Of a DNA stretch of 64,000 nt, positions 50,179 to 59,086 are shown one piece after another; positions within the stretch are counted from its first letter, which is position 1, and the number at the start of each line of letters is the position of its first letter. The notes under the pieces were generated by a model. It saw only the letters and a list, made by a program, of their open reading frames with translations, was not told the DNA's origin and did not search any database. Location of the stretch: sequence record NC_071039.1. One strand, 5' to 3'. The position numbers and the translations under genes are program-made.

Positions 50179-50528
50179 TCGTCAGCGAGATTATATATTC
50201 TATTTTCATAGCTGCATTAATAACAGTTATGACTATACTATATATAAGTCTCAGAATAATAACATGTAAGATATTAAATAAGTCATTAAAGATTTCAGCT
50301 AATGTAATTATATATGGTACCTCTAATATAGAATATGTATATATTCCTGAAATAAAATATAAATTTCTTTCTTTTAAAATAACACATTCTGGTTTAGTTA
50401 TGTTTGACAAAGAGTTTGGATTTAGGACACTAAACGATGCTATAAATGCATTAAATATGTATGTAGACACCGATATTATAAAAATAGTATATAAAAAGGT
50501 ACCCACATTTTATACTTGGCACGAATAA
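50175..50528 (+). CDS. membrane-anchored hypothetical protein
   Basis: N-terminal transmembrane segment; overlaps both neighbours. Confidence 0.55.
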   Translation: MIVSEIIYSIFIAALITVMTILYISLRIITCKILNKSLKISANVIIYGTSNIEYVYIPEIKYKFLSFKITHSGLVMFDKEFGFRTLNDAINALNMYVDTDIIKIVYKKVPTFYTWHE

Positions 50529-52024
50529 TGGATAATTTTGATATAGAATTAAAAGAACTCATAAAAAATACAAATCCTAACGCATTAGGAAATGTAGTAA
50601 AAAGTAAAAAAGAAATATATGAGGAATTAGTTCGTCGAACTAATTCCTTTCTTCGTGACGACGTTTCTGTAACAGAAAGGATTCATATATACTTAAATCC
50701 GGCTGATAATGTTTACTGTAAGTATGATAACAAACGGACACTAAAGCGAAATAAAGATACAAAACAAACCCAATACGGATTTTGCGGAAATAAAAGTAAA
50801 TGTAAATGTCATATGGAATGGTCTTTAAAAAATCATCCAGGCATGACACAATCCGGAAAAGAAAGTATGAAAACAAAGAGGATAAAAACTTGGATAGAAA
50901 AATACGGTGTCGATAATCCATCTAAGTCAAAAGATATTATTGCAAAACAGCAATTAAGTAAAAAACATATAAAGCCAGATCATAGAGCTATAAAGGAGTT
51001 GGGATATAAAAAAGTAGTAGAACGACTTTCTAATATACTCACCCCTACGTTTAGTATAGACGAGTACGAAGGGTGCTTTAGAAAAAATGTGTATGACTGG
51101 GTATGCAATGCATGCGGAAATATAGTTATCGGACACGTAGATTATGGGTCTACTCCGAGGTGCAATGTTTGTAATCCTATAACAAAGTCTGCCGGCGAGA
51201 ATGAAATATCTAACTATATAGTATCGCTAGGATTTGATGTGATTAACAATGACCGAACTATATTATCTAACAAAGAATTAGATATAGTAATTAAAGGTAC
51301 AAACATAGCAATAGAATATAATGGTTGTTATTGGCATTCTACAAAACACAGAAAAAAATCATATCATGTAGATAAATTTATAGAATGCAGAGATAAAGGA
51401 ATAAAGTTAATACAAATTTTAGATGTAGATTGGATATCAAAACAAGACATAATAAAATCAAGGTTAAAATCTATTTTAGGTTGTAGTGATAGAATATATG
51501 CAAGGAATACAACTATAAAAGAAATAACATTTAACGAATCTTTAACTTTTTTAGAAGAAACTCACATCCAAGGTTCTTGTCAATCATCTGTAAGACTAGG
51601 TCTATACGACAGTGAGAATATGTTAGTAGCAGTAATGACATTTGGGAAATCTAGATATACAAAAGAGGAATATGAATTACTTAGATATGCTAGCAAAAAT
51701 ACTGTTGTAGGAGGAGCCAGCAAACTTCTTAAATATTTCATAAAAACATATTCCCCTAAATCTATTATTACATATGCAGATAGGTGTTGGTCAGATGGAA
51801 ATTTATATAAACAACTCGGGTTTACAAATGTAACCAAGAATGACAGAAATACAGGATATTGGTATATAAAAGACAACATAAAATATCATAGATCTAATTT
51901 CATAAAATCTAAGATTTCTAATAAAAATAATTTACATCTAAGCGAATCAGAAATAATGGATAGTTTAGGTTATTTAAAATATTACGATTGCGGCAATTAC
52001 AAATATACATTGCAGGTACGCTAG
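50528..52024 (+). CDS. free-standing homing-type endonuclease (Vsr/EDxHD-like nuclease + GNAT-like tail), homologue of 32999-34681
   Basis: Cys clusters, KYGVDNPSKS, SAGENEI...ELDIVI...AIEYNGCYWH, IYARN...HIQG...YELLRYA...GGASKLL...TYADRCWSDGNLY. ATG 50528 via TAATG overlap (track TTG 50516). Confidence 0.85.
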   Translation: MDNFDIELKELIKNTNPNALGNVVKSKKEIYEELVRRTNSFLRDDVSVTERIHIYLNPADNVYCKYDNKRTLKRNKDTKQTQYGFCGNKSKCKCHMEWSLKNHPGMTQSGKESMKTKRIKTWIEKYGVDNPSKSKDIIAKQQLSKKHIKPDHRAIKELGYKKVVERLSNILTPTFSIDEYEGCFRKNVYDWVCNACGNIVIGHVDYGSTPRCNVCNPITKSAGENEISNYIVSLGFDVINNDRTILSNKELDIVIKGTNIAIEYNGCYWHSTKHRKKSYHVDKFIECRDKGIKLIQILDVDWISKQDIIKSRLKSILGCSDRIYARNTTIKEITFNESLTFLEETHIQGSCQSSVRLGLYDSENMLVAVMTFGKSRYTKEEYELLRYASKNTVVGGASKLLKYFIKTYSPKSIITYADRCWSDGNLYKQLGFTNVTKNDRNTGYWYIKDNIKYHRSNFIKSKISNKNNLHLSESEIMDSLGYLKYYDCGNYKYTLQVR

Positions 52025-52038
52025 CATAATGTTATACT
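52010..52038 (+). promoter_or_regulatory. sigma70-type promoter
   Basis: TTGCAG-N17-TATACT; the -35 lies inside the last codons of the endonuclease gene. Confidence 0.6.
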
Positions 52039-52079
52039 TGTAACGTAACACAAAACATATCATTTTAACGGAGCATTAT

Positions 52080-53264
52080 ATGTCCACTAAAACCCTAGAA
52101 GAACGCATCATCCGCGCCCGTGTTCAGTTGCTGTTGAACCATCCGTTTTTCGGGACCTTGGCGCTGCGCCTTAAACTAGTCGAGGCGAACGACTGGTGCC
52201 CTACTGCCGGTACTGATGGACGCCATCTTTATTATAATACCAAGTTCCTCGAAGACTTGGACGATAAGGAACTTATCTTCCTCATCGGTCATGAGGTAAT
52301 GCACGTCGTCTACGACCACATGGGACGGCGTGGCAGCAGAGAGCCTAAACTGTGGAACTGTGCTGCCGACTTTGTTATCAACCTCGAATTGCACGATATG
52401 AAAATCGGCAAGCTTATCCACCGTCCGGGTACTTGCGAGCCGTGCTTTGATGAAAAGTACCGCGGAATGTCCGCTGACCAGATCTATGAACTAATTAAGA
52501 AAGATCCGTCACTAAAAGATAAAGATAGCTTCGACGTTCACCTCGAACCCGGTGGTGCCGGGAATGAAGACGGCGATGCTTCTGGCAAATCCGGTCCTAT
52601 CCCTATGTCTGCAGATGAGCAAGCTGCTCTTCGGGACGAGATCACTGAAGCTGTTCTTCAGGCTGCTAAAGCTGCTGGTGTCGGCAACACTCCGGCAGGT
52701 GTGCGTCAGATGATCAGTGACATCACTGAACCTAAACTAGATTGGCGCGAATTGCTAAACCAGACTATTCCGTCGCACATTAAATCCGACTATATGTGGA
52801 CTCGTCCGTCGCGGAAGAGTTGGGGAACTGGTGCGACTCTGCCGGGTCAGATTGTTGATGACAAAATCGATGTTATCCTGGCACTAGACGCCTCTGGTTC
52901 GATTAGCTCTTCTCAGCTAAGGGATTTCTTAGGAGAAGTGTTAGGAATTATGGAACAGTTTAGTGACTTTTCCATACAAGTGCTAACGTTTGATACTAGA
53001 GTGTATGAATTCCGAAAATATACTCCCGACAATGCAGACGAAATCTATGAGTATCCCCTTAAAGGCGGCGGCGGCACCGATTTTGTGGCTGTGTTTAACT
53101 TCCTTAAAGATACGCTCACTGAACCGCCGCATCAGTTAGTATTCTTCACTGACATGGAAGTGTATGACTACGGCGATCCTAACTATTGCGATACTGTGTT
53201 TATAAACCACGGTCGCAAAGGTGTAACTGCACCGTTTGGCATCACCATCGACTACGACGAATAA
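52080..53264 (+). CDS. zincin-like metallopeptidase domain + VWA domain protein (DUF2201-like), MoxR partner
   Basis: AGTDG...YN..F, HEVMH (HExxH), WNCAADFVIN, VWA MIDAS LDASGS, TFDT, GGGGTDF, FFTDM. GC-rich like the AAA gene. Confidence 0.87.
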   Translation: MSTKTLEERIIRARVQLLLNHPFFGTLALRLKLVEANDWCPTAGTDGRHLYYNTKFLEDLDDKELIFLIGHEVMHVVYDHMGRRGSREPKLWNCAADFVINLELHDMKIGKLIHRPGTCEPCFDEKYRGMSADQIYELIKKDPSLKDKDSFDVHLEPGGAGNEDGDASGKSGPIPMSADEQAALRDEITEAVLQAAKAAGVGNTPAGVRQMISDITEPKLDWRELLNQTIPSHIKSDYMWTRPSRKSWGTGATLPGQIVDDKIDVILALDASGSISSSQLRDFLGEVLGIMEQFSDFSIQVLTFDTRVYEFRKYTPDNADEIYEYPLKGGGGTDFVAVFNFLKDTLTEPPHQLVFFTDMEVYDYGDPNYCDTVFINHGRKGVTAPFGITIDYDE

Positions 53265-53275
53265 TCGTAGGTTAA

Positions 53276-53309
53276 AACAAAAAAGGGGCTTATAAGCCCC
53301 TTTTTTGTT
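53276..53309. terminator. bidirectional terminator (perfect 34 bp palindrome)
   Basis: AACAAAAAAGGGGCTTATAAGCCCCTTTTTTGTT. Confidence 0.88.
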
Positions 53310-53363
53310 GACTAGTTTTAACTACTTAAAGCGCTGTAGCATAGCTGTACATAAGCGCTAAAT

Positions 53364-53451
53364 TAGCGCAAATTTGCGTGTTTTTATGCGTTACAATACA
53401 TAGCTAATACTACGCATGCAAAACGCGCTATAGCGCAAATTTGCGTGTTTT
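53364..53451. repeat. 21 bp direct repeat pair with 12 bp palindromic core
   Basis: TAGCGCAAATTTGCGTGTTTT at 53364-53384 and 53431-53451; core CGCAAATTTGCG. Confidence 0.85.
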
Positions 53452-53545
53452 AAGCACATCTACTATGCTTTTTATTTTGCATTGTATTTAATGCACAGGG
53501 ACAGTATTGTATGCTTGTTTGTGTCATATAAGACAATAAAATGTT

Positions 53546-53788
53546 ATGTTACATTATCTTCCAGTTATACTATTCGTTTATGTTATAGGAAACATATTAT
53601 CATTGTTTTTATACAATGTAGTATCATACAGCACACTATTTCCATATAGTATGTTACACAAACAAAACCACAAGAAAACTCTGTTTCATAAATTTATAAA
53701 AATGTGGTGGTTTTCCTACTTAAACATTATTGTACTCAGTTGTGCTTGCATATATGTAATAGGCAAAAAATATATAAAGAGAATTTGA
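53546..53788 (+). CDS. small membrane protein
   Basis: 80 aa with two hydrophobic segments; followed by a hairpin terminator at about 53845-53875. Confidence 0.5.
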   Translation: MLHYLPVILFVYVIGNILSLFLYNVVSYSTLFPYSMLHKQNHKKTLFHKFIKMWWFSYLNIIVLSCACIYVIGKKYIKRI

Positions 53789-53880
53789 AATATTATAAAG
53801 ATTTTATTAAGATTATGATAAATTTAATATAGAACTAATTTACAAAATAAAAGGGCTTAACGCCCTTTTATTTTAATCAA

Positions 53881-54201
53881 TTATTCTATTTTTGCATGAA
53901 TAGTACATAGCATATTGTGATATGCTTCCTGGTATTCAGATTCTAGTTTAATCATATCTAAGTAGATAAAAATAGCCTCTATTTTGCCTAACTTAGACAA
54001 CCGTTCATCTTTTTTGCTCTTAATTAGATTTCCTATAAACTGTCTGTCAAATTTATTAACAGAACCGTTTTCACAAATAACTTCTACATAATCTACATAA
54101 GAAAGATGTAAATCGTCTAAGCTTATGCTAGGCAGAAATTCTTCTATATCAAACGAAATCCCCTCCTGTTCGGGGAGTTTTTTAAGATAGATTTTGGCCA
54201 T
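53881..54201 (-). CDS. hypothetical protein
   Basis: 106 aa with GGAG SD. Confidence 0.65.
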   Translation of the reverse strand: MAKIYLKKLPEQEGISFDIEEFLPSISLDDLHLSYVDYVEVICENGSVNKFDRQFIGNLIKSKKDERLSKLGKIEAIFIYLDMIKLESEYQEAYHNMLCTIHAKIE

Positions 54202-54368
54202 ATATGCTACTCCGTTCTATGCATATAGATATTTAGCAATTATACAAAAATGCATAGTTTTAATAGCACACACAAACACGATGCAGCGTATTAGTTAGTT
54301 TTATTACCAAGCAAAATTGTGCATTTTTTGCCCAAAAAAAACAGCCCTAGCTAGGGCTGTTTTGTTAG

Positions 54369-54608
54369 TTAAAGCTTTTCTAAAACAAGTGTTAGCGCAT
54401 CTTCTCCTATATTAAAGTGTTGTGTCGCACTAACATGACAAAACTTGCCATATATATCTAATGCAGATATTACAACATCTTCAATAACTTTTTCTATCAT
54501 TTCACTAGTATCTTTACATCTACATTTTAGTGTAATGTTATCCATAGTTTCTTCAATGGATATAATATTAATGCCCTTTACTTCTAAAGCTTCTTTTATT
54601 TCTTGCAT
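54369..54608 (-). CDS. hypothetical protein
   Basis: ATG 54608 coupled to the stop at 54610; terminator AAAACAGCCCTAGCTAGGGCTGTTTT just downstream. Confidence 0.6.
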   Translation of the reverse strand: MQEIKEALEVKGINIISIEETMDNITLKCRCKDTSEMIEKVIEDVVISALDIYGKFCHVSATQHFNIGEDALTLVLEKL

Positions 54609-54609
54609 T

Positions 54610-55350
54610 TTACTCCGCGCGAGTGGAATCGCGCTCAAGTTTTTGAGAAACCTTAAGTTCTAATTCCTCAACGGCCTTAGCTTTGCTTTCTTCTAGTAAA
54701 GCTCTAGCCTTTTCTTCTTCTCGTTTCTGCCTAGCTTCCCTGCGCTTTTCCTTACGTTTTTCTAGGCGCTCTTTGTAACGTTCTTCTAGTTCTTCTTCTG
54801 TAAGTTCACGCTGACGACCCGGAGCTGGTTTTAGTTCAGGACATAAAGAATATGCAAGCTCTAACTTTGCATCAGCCTCTTCTTTAAGTAACCGTGCTTG
54901 AACTATAAGACCTTCTGCTCGTTGTTTATCAGTAATAGATTCTTCAACTACAGGTACTGATGCGGTTTCTGTATGTACAGGGTCGGCACCTGCTAATGCA
55001 GCTTCACGTATCTGAGAATTAATAAGTTCTAAAGCAACATTAGTACCTGGGTACGGTTGCATAAAAACCTGTCTAACTTCCACTTTGCGTAAAAAAGACC
55101 GATCGTGCATTGTACGAAGTGCAGGCAATCCGTCACCTAAAAGTTTATTATTTAGGACAGTATACAAATCGACAGAATTTTGTCCTTCTCTACTTTCAAC
55201 TATAGTTTTTAGGTTATCTTGGTACATGTCTGGTAGTCTATCTATTTCAACTACTAAACAATGAGTAGGATCATCGGGTAATTCCCGGAACACGACATAC
55301 ACACGTGTTCCGGTATTAGCGATTTTCCCTATGTGGCGCTTAAGACTCAT
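54610..55350 (-). CDS. hypothetical phage protein with charged coiled-coil C-terminus
   Basis: 246 aa with GGAG SD. Confidence 0.75.
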   Translation of the reverse strand: MSLKRHIGKIANTGTRVYVVFRELPDDPTHCLVVEIDRLPDMYQDNLKTIVESREGQNSVDLYTVLNNKLLGDGLPALRTMHDRSFLRKVEVRQVFMQPYPGTNVALELINSQIREAALAGADPVHTETASVPVVEESITDKQRAEGLIVQARLLKEEADAKLELAYSLCPELKPAPGRQRELTEEELEERYKERLEKRKEKRREARQKREEEKARALLEESKAKAVEELELKVSQKLERDSTRAE

Positions 55351-55367
55351 TAGGAAATCTCCGTGTA

Positions 55368-55670
55368 TTATTTGGCTTCAGTTTCAGCTTCTTGCTCTTC
55401 TTGTTTAGGTTCAATTGCTGATACAAAAGATTTAACTTTACTAAACACTCCACCGACGCTAGCCATTTCTTCTGCGCGGAATGCTCCGCGTTGGCATGCA
55501 ACATCAACTATGGTTAGTAAATCTTTAATGTCTTGTACACCTAGACGAGGTTCTTCGCTTGCTTGTTCAGTCATATTCTCTTGATCTACAACTTCTTTTT
55601 CTACAACTTCTTTTTCTACAACTTCTTTTTCTACAACTTCTTTTTCTACAGCTTTAGCTTTCTTAGCCAT
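55368..55670 (-). CDS. hypothetical phage protein with VEKEV repeats
   Basis: 100 aa; C-terminal core DL..IVDVACQRGAFRAEE..SVG. Confidence 0.75.
   Translation of the reverse strand: MAKKAKAVEKEVVEKEVVEKEVVEKEVVDQENMTEQASEEPRLGVQDIKDLLTIVDVACQRGAFRAEEMASVGGVFSKVKSFVSAIEPKQEEQEAETEAK
55586..55650. repeat. 15 bp tandem repeat, 4.3 copies
   Basis: CTACAACTTCTTTTT x4 plus CTACA; in frame. Confidence 0.95.
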
Positions 55671-56265
55671 TTAACATTTCTCCGTAATTGTGTGTCGGGC
55701 TCGATTCAATTTCTGATATACATTTTTTATCAGTAATAATTATTAAGTTTGAATCCCACGGCAAATAAAATTTCCAATCACTATCTCTTATTAAAATAGG
55801 TAATTGTTGCCTACGAGAAACAAGTTCATAATAAGTAGGTCTATGTGGCATTTTAATGGGAATAATATTCTTGTTATCGCCTTTTTTGTTATTACAAACT
55901 TTACATGCAGTGCATATATTAGTCCAATTTGTCTTACCACCGTATCTCTTAGGTAAAACATGATCAAGTGTTAGTTGTTTAACAGGAAACGTTCTAAAAC
56001 AAAACTGACACTGATAGTTATCCCTTAAATATACGTTGTTTCTGGAAAACTTTGTTTTATGATTCCATTTAATGTATTCAGTTGACATTACAATAGACGG
56101 AACCTTCATAGTAATACTGGGAGAATTAACTTCCCAATTGTCGTAATTTTTTAAAATTTCGACCTTGCCAAGCGATACTAATTTAATACTAGTTTGCCAG
56201 TCTACAACAGATAATGGTAACATGCATAACGGATTACCGTCTTTGTCAAGTATCAAAGTATCCAT
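55663..56265 (-). CDS. HNH endonuclease (McrA-like)
   Basis: RNNVYLRDNYQCQFC...LTLDHVLPKRYGGKTNWTNICTACKVCNNKKG. Confidence 0.92.
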   Translation of the reverse strand: MDTLILDKDGNPLCMLPLSVVDWQTSIKLVSLGKVEILKNYDNWEVNSPSITMKVPSIVMSTEYIKWNHKTKFSRNNVYLRDNYQCQFCFRTFPVKQLTLDHVLPKRYGGKTNWTNICTACKVCNNKKGDNKNIIPIKMPHRPTYYELVSRRQQLPILIRDSDWKFYLPWDSNLIIITDKKCISEIESSPTHNYGEMLNG

Positions 56266-56292
56266 TTATAAACTACACAGTTATTTATCTTT

Positions 56293-56520
56293 TTATTTCA
56301 TGTATTTCTTTAATTCTTCCGGAAAACCTTTTAATGTTACAAACACTTGATCTTCCTGTTTTTCGAAATCAATGTTATAAAAAATTTCATTTTTTGCAGG
56401 TTGTATTTCTTCTAAAATAGTATACTTTCCATCACAATTAGAGTCTAGCCATACACCTAAGTAAAGCTTAAATACCTCTCCTAACCCGTTAGCAGATCGT
56501 TGTACACTAAACCTAGTCAT
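56293..56520 (-). CDS. hypothetical protein
   Basis: ATG 56520 coupled to the upstream stop (track start 56535). Confidence 0.55.
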   Translation of the reverse strand: MTRFSVQRSANGLGEVFKLYLGVWLDSNCDGKYTILEEIQPAKNEIFYNIDFEKQEDQVFVTLKGFPEELKKYMK

Positions 56521-56521
56521 A

Positions 56522-56770
56522 TTAACAAAATCCACTTAATATTCCTGGGTCTACATATTGTGAAAAGTATACAGTAGATCTACCATCTTGTATTTTTATA
56601 TACCAAGGATATTTTATATTGGTACTAATAACTGCAATGAGTTTTTCTACTTCATCCTTAGAAATATGAACTACATATTTGTTATAAAGTAAATTAGAAT
56701 ATAGAGTAGTGCCTTTTAATGAATAAAATTCGTCTTCTGTTAATCTATATTCCCGTGTGACAGAAATCAT
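56522..56770 (-). CDS. hypothetical protein
   Basis: 82 aa, AGGAG SD, GATAAATA (56794-56801, minus strand) upstream. Confidence 0.6.
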   Translation of the reverse strand: MISVTREYRLTEDEFYSLKGTTLYSNLLYNKYVVHISKDEVEKLIAVISTNIKYPWYIKIQDGRSTVYFSQYVDPGILSGFC

Positions 56771-56854
56771 ATACGTTTCTCCTTTTATTAAAGTATTTAT
56801 CTACGTATATATTTCCTAAGAAGGGAAACAACGCCTTCCCTAGCTAGTGTGCAT

Positions 56855-56883
56855 ATTATATAACAGCATATTACCGTTGTCAA
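56855..56883 (-). promoter_or_regulatory. sigma70-type promoter
   Basis: Minus-strand TTGACA-N17-TATAAT. Confidence 0.75.
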
Positions 56884-56890
56884 TATATTT

Positions 56891-57316
56891 TTAACTAGTC
56901 TTTGTCAGAAGGTAAGTATGTTCATTATTGGTATTTTTGTTTGACTGTATTGTGTAACCATATTGAGTAGCCATTTTTGTTGCGAGTCTATTGTATAATT
57001 TAACTCTAGATGGCTCGGATAGATCGGCAGTAAAATATATTTGGTTAGGTTTTAATTCAGAAATAGCACGTTTGGTAATATCTAATATAGTAGAGAATAC
57101 TTTAAATTCATTGCCAGTTCCGGTGACCGCAGCATCATAATAATAATCGTCAACATCAACTTCCTTTGCAGTAAACGATATTAATAGTCTTCCATTAACC
57201 ATAGTTTCTATGACTCTGTATTTCATATTACCAACAATAAAATATGCATTAACGGTTCCATTAGTGTTGGTATACTGATATTTTTCAATCTGATCGAATA
57301 GTTCAAATAAGTGCAT
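56891..57316 (-). CDS. hypothetical protein, possible head-internal protein
   Basis: N-terminus MHLFELF; GATAAATA (57339-57346, minus strand) upstream; TGTGNEFKVFSTI...SRVKLYNRL core. Confidence 0.65.
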   Translation of the reverse strand: MHLFELFDQIEKYQYTNTNGTVNAYFIVGNMKYRVIETMVNGRLLISFTAKEVDVDDYYYDAAVTGTGNEFKVFSTILDITKRAISELKPNQIYFTADLSEPSRVKLYNRLATKMATQYGYTIQSNKNTNNEHTYLLTKTS

Positions 57317-57387
57317 AAAAAATAGTCCTTAATATGGATATTTATCTTATATATAAATTAAAAGGGGAATTAAATTCCCCTTTAGCA

Positions 57388-58134
57388 TTACTTACCTTTT
57401 CTTACCAAAATTGACATACAATGTGCTAATTCGTCATAGTAATTTGGAAATAATTGCTTTACTTTTTTATGAAAACTCATAGGCATTGTTTTATTTTTAT
57501 CTGCTATATAGTAATATTCGGGATCAACTTTCATTAATCTAATAGCATCAGTGCCAGTTAATTGCATTTTATTTAATAATGTTTCAGTTTCCCTAGATTT
57601 AGGCAATTTATTATTACATATTTCAGATATTACAAGGCAAGGTTTAATGTTATCTATATTGTTATTTGCTACAAATTCGATAAATTTTGTTCTAAACGAA
57701 ATTTTAAATAATTGTTCAGGAATAGGTGTATTATATACTATTGAGTTTAAATCTAAATCTGTTAATATTTTTGCCATACGTTTTATACAGTCTTTAGAAT
57801 TATAATAAATTACACGATAGTATGGAGTATTATGCCATACTTGTATATACTTCATTAACACTTTGGGGTGAATACTAACAATAGTTTTTAACCGCTCGGT
57901 TGGAATAACATCACCGAATGTGTGTATATGTCTAGCAACAAACTTGTCTGACATTTTAGAAACTAATCTAGTTTTTGCTGCTGTAGATGCATCTACAGCA
58001 GCATGATACAGTAGTTCGTCGTCATTAGAATAATTATTCTCTATTAGTTTTACGATGTTATGTTTTTTGCAATTATACGTATTTAATAAGATTTCTTTCA
58101 AATCTTCTTTTTCTATATAAATTTTGTTATTCAT
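57388..58134 (-). CDS. hypothetical helical protein (paralogue family)
   Basis: 248 aa; C-terminal SFHKKVKQLFPNY...RKGK. Confidence 0.65.
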   Translation of the reverse strand: MNNKIYIEKEDLKEILLNTYNCKKHNIVKLIENNYSNDDELLYHAAVDASTAAKTRLVSKMSDKFVARHIHTFGDVIPTERLKTIVSIHPKVLMKYIQVWHNTPYYRVIYYNSKDCIKRMAKILTDLDLNSIVYNTPIPEQLFKISFRTKFIEFVANNNIDNIKPCLVISEICNNKLPKSRETETLLNKMQLTGTDAIRLMKVDPEYYYIADKNKTMPMSFHKKVKQLFPNYYDELAHCMSILVRKGK

Positions 58135-59086
58135 TTGTTTTTCTTTTTCCTTTGCCTGTAGATAAAATATACATAAAATATTCTTCGTTATTTTTTAATT
58201 CGGGATACATCTTAAACATTTCTGACCAACTAGTTTTTGTTAATTTTTCGAGATGCTTAGGTACTATAGGCTTAAAGGTTGTCGTATATTTCTTAGCAAA
58301 TGCTACTAGGTTAGCACCTGTAAACGGAGTGCCGTGTACAAATTCTTTAGAAGAAAGTTCATCCGATATATCGTTTTCGTTAATTTCAAAAAAGTTAACA
58401 ACATTGTATACATCAGATTTAGAAATGTACCTATTTTTTATTATATCGTTTTTTATTGTATCTAAAGTAAATATTTGCTTAAGATCGTTTACTGTATCTA
58501 AAGCATATTTAGGACACAATTTATTAGACTTATTAAAGTCAGATACTGTATGTTTAAATGCTGGCGGCAAGTGGTAATAATACGAAAATGTATTATAAGT
58601 AAATACAAGATTTGCCATACTACACAGACGTTTAATATGTTTATCTATTACACTGGCATATAATTTATCATAATTTTTATATGTTTTTAAATTATGTAAA
58701 TCAGACACATCTATTTTATTTAAACACAGCATCAATGGAATACAGTCACTGTACCTAGCTGCCACATTATTTACAATAGGTTTACTGTTGAATTTAGATT
58801 TAAACTCATTAATTATTTTTTCATTAAACAAAATAGAAATGTCTTTTATAAGAAATTCATGCAATGCTCTGCATAACCCATCAAACTGTGTACTATTCTT
58901 AAATGCATAAAGACTAGTAGATAAACTATCATTGTTAAAAAACGATGATAATGCATGGTGTGCATCTGATGAATGCGCTAGCGGTATGTCATATCTAATA
59001 GAACTTTCTAATATATATTCTATATCGTTTCGTTCTACCGAATTCCAGTCAATTTGCGATAACATTTGTGATACTGATTTTTTCAT
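58127..59086 (-). CDS. hypothetical helical protein (paralogue family)
   Basis: 319 aa; C-terminal SWSEMFKMYPEL...GKGKRK. Confidence 0.65.
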   Translation of the reverse strand: MKKSVSQMLSQIDWNSVERNDIEYILESSIRYDIPLAHSSDAHHALSSFFNNDSLSTSLYAFKNSTQFDGLCRALHEFLIKDISILFNEKIINEFKSKFNSKPIVNNVAARYSDCIPLMLCLNKIDVSDLHNLKTYKNYDKLYASVIDKHIKRLCSMANLVFTYNTFSYYYHLPPAFKHTVSDFNKSNKLCPKYALDTVNDLKQIFTLDTIKNDIIKNRYISKSDVYNVVNFFEINENDISDELSSKEFVHGTPFTGANLVAFAKKYTTTFKPIVPKHLEKLTKTSWSEMFKMYPELKNNEEYFMYILSTGKGKRKTNE

